A DNA stretch of 64,000 nt from the human T2T-CHM13v2.0 reference genome, Homo sapiens. The DNA is taken from assembly GCF_009914755.1 (NCBI RefSeq), contig NC_060930.1; one strand, given 5' to 3'. This document shows positions 61,581 through 64,000 of the stretch, in pieces. Made by a program: the position numbers and the translations under genes. The notes beneath the pieces were generated by a model. The model was not told where the DNA came from. It saw nothing but the letters and a program-made list of their open reading frames with translations, and ran no database searches. The first letter of the stretch is position 1; each line of letters starts with the position of its first letter.

Positions 61581-61920
61581 CACTGGGCACAATGGCTCAC
61601 TCCTGTAATACTAGCACTTTGGGAAGCCAAGGTGAGCAGTTTGCTTCAGCCTAGGAGTTTGAAACTAGCCTGGGCAACATGGCAAAACTCTGTCTCTACA
61701 AAAAATACAAAAATTTGCAGGGCATGGTGGCGCATGTCTGTAGTCCCCGCTACTCAAGAGGCTGAAATGGGAGGATCACCTGAGCCTGGGAAGATGGAGG
61801 CTGCAATGAGTCATAATCGTGACACTATACTCCAGCCTGGGCGAGAGAGTGAGACCTTGTCCTAAAAAAACAAACAAACAACAACAACAAAAAAAAACAG
61901 ACAATCAAAGAAAACAAAAA
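61581..61920 (+). mobile_element. AluJ
   Basis: Diverged dimer with gggaggatcacctgagcctggg; CAA-rich tail. Confidence 0.92.
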
Positions 61921-61939
61921 AGAGGGAAGAGTGCAAACA

Positions 61940-62460
61940 TGCTACTCAGAATCTAATACTTAGAGAAATGCTAATTTATAAAATAAGATACCACTTTTTT
62001 GGCCTCTCATCTCAACAAAAATGGCCAATAACCATTATTATTCACAATGTAGGAAAAGTAATATTCCTATTTTTTGTAAGAGTATAAATTTGTATAAATA
62101 TTTTGAAGAGTAATTGGACAACAGTTATCAAAATTTAGTATGTACATACCTTATTACCTAGTAATATATTTTTAGGACTTTATTTCACAAATATGCTACT
62201 AAGGTGAAGTGCAATTTGACCCTTTTTTGAAAAATAAAATGTGTGTTTGTGTATATGCATATGAAAATTGGAAAGACATAAAAATTGTTAAAAAATAACT
62301 GTCTATGGGATTGGATAGTGAGAGGATTCTCTTTTTTAAATCATATGTTCCAACCACAATAGAAAGATGAAGAAGTATTGGGATTACGTATATTTTACAT
62401 TATTTTCTGTATGTTTTAAAAAATTGTCTATATTTAAAATGTATTGCTTTAGAATATATT
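61940..62460 (+). mobile_element. Ancient L1ME fragment
   Basis: agagaaatgctaatttataaaataagataccac...gtataaatttgtataaatattttgaagagtaattgg. Confidence 0.55.
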
Positions 62461-63769
62461 TTTTAAAAGTTATCCATCTCTCACCTCCAGATGGAAAAAA
62501 GAGAAAACAAAAGTATATACATTTTTTGCTTACGTAATAATAGCAATAGTGTGAAATGAGCTTTCATTGTCAAATGTGGTGAAACTATGCTTATTTTTTT
62601 TCTTCCAATTGTATTCAGTTTAACTTATTCAGGCAAATATAGTCACTAATTACATATATCTGTTTTTCTGCTGACTATATCCTTGGCTAATATCAAATCA
62701 AGACATATAGACACACAGGCACAGAGTCTTTCTCATTCTCTCTCTTTCTCGTTCATACACACACACACACATAGTTCCCTGATACCTCATGTAATCAGTA
62801 CCAAGCACTCCTGTAAGGCAGTTTGAAAAGTGTAAACAATGCTAGCCTTTAAATTGAACTTTTATTTAGTTTCTATAATCCAATAATGAAAGAGGGAGAG
62901 GGAGAGAGAGAGAGAACAGAGGAAAAAGGAAAATGTAGTGCAAAGTGGAAAAATTTGCTATTAAATTAATCAAACCGCATCTTCTGAAAAATATTCCATA
63001 TCCCCCAAACATATTAGCTTATTTAAGTGAATCTCTTATGAAACAGTCTTTTTCATGATTAGGGGTCATATTTAATCACTGAATATAACATTTTATTTGC
63101 TTAATAAGCAATTTGAATGAAATTAACACATGTTCATTGGAGAAATTTGTAAAATACTTTTGAAAATTAAAATATCCATAATTTTGTCAAGAGAGTGCTA
63201 GAAAAGCAAAGATCAAACAATCTGCTAAAGGAAACAAAGCTAAATTTATTTATGATTCTAAATAAAAAATTAAAACAAAGTAACTATGGAATCTGAAGTG
63301 ATGAACTGAGTAATCTTGAGGTGGGTCTTGCAAGCAAGGGAATTAGGTGGGATCAGGCAGATTTTACGACCTAATAATTCTATATTGGTGGGTAGAAAAA
63401 AGTGAAGATCTTAAACTCTGCTTTTATGAGTAAGCAGTTAGTCGTGGTAAGTAAACTTTTTAGTTGGTTCAAGGAGCAGGTGCAGTAGTTTAGATCTTTT
63501 TGCTGGTTTTCAATATTGCCCAGCAAATACTCACACACATGTACATGAGGAATATGTGCTTTGTCATAGAATTGTTTAGCACAGGGATAGGAAATTATTT
63601 TGAGCTTATTTTAATCCCATAATCCAAAAAGAATCCCAATAACAATTTAAAAAATGTTTCATTTCCCATAATTTCCTTCACATAAATATCTTTGTATATT
63701 TTATATAATTGTCAGTATATTTTATATTTTATAATGTAGTTTATAATATTATATAATTATATATAAATA

Positions 63770-64000
63770 TGTATATTAAGCAAGTTATTTTCTTTATTAA
63801 ATATTCTTAAAAGTATGCTATTTTGGTGCATAGAGTTACGGTGTTGTTAGAAATGTCCAATGATTTATTTTACCAGGTCTCTTTTATTAGATACTTAGTT
63901 TGTTTTCAACATTTGGCTATTATAAAAAATGCTGTAATGAACATCTGTGCACATAAATCTTTGACCTTATCGCTTATTATCTCTTTAGTTCACATTTTTA
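63770..64000 (-). mobile_element. Ancient L1M fragment (runs off window)
   Basis: tagtttgttttcaacatttggctattataaaaaatgctgtaatgaacatc. Confidence 0.6.

Overview
AT-rich, repeat-dense primate (human-like) intronic DNA. The only host coding sequence I can support is one 83-bp minus-strand exon at 9411-9493, encoding GYDDGYGGEYDDQTYETYDNSYATQTQ(S). I recognise it from memory as the tyrosine-rich C-terminal region of KHDRBS2 (SLM1), probably exon 7, and the ORF track misses it. The rest is intron filled with decayed L1s, Alus, L2/MIR, MaLR/ERVL LTRs and small DNA transposons (MER3, MER63, MADE1/2). The most complex structure is a full-length L1PA3/4-type element (45904-54031, 16-bp TSD) carrying a younger, 5'-inverted L1 inside ORF2 (49358-51322, 15-bp TSD). 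The best leads are: (i) an antisense ORF0-like frame in that L1 ending at a phase-0 splice donor compatible with the phase-0 KHDRBS2 exon; (ii) non-consensus substitutions shared by three neighbouring L1 copies, possibly from local gene conversion; (iii) a 65-bp locally templated insertion and several fold-back template-switch scars. I see no demonstrable new biological system; these leads are hypotheses. Subfamily calls come from recalled consensus sequences, and boundaries of old repeats are approximate.
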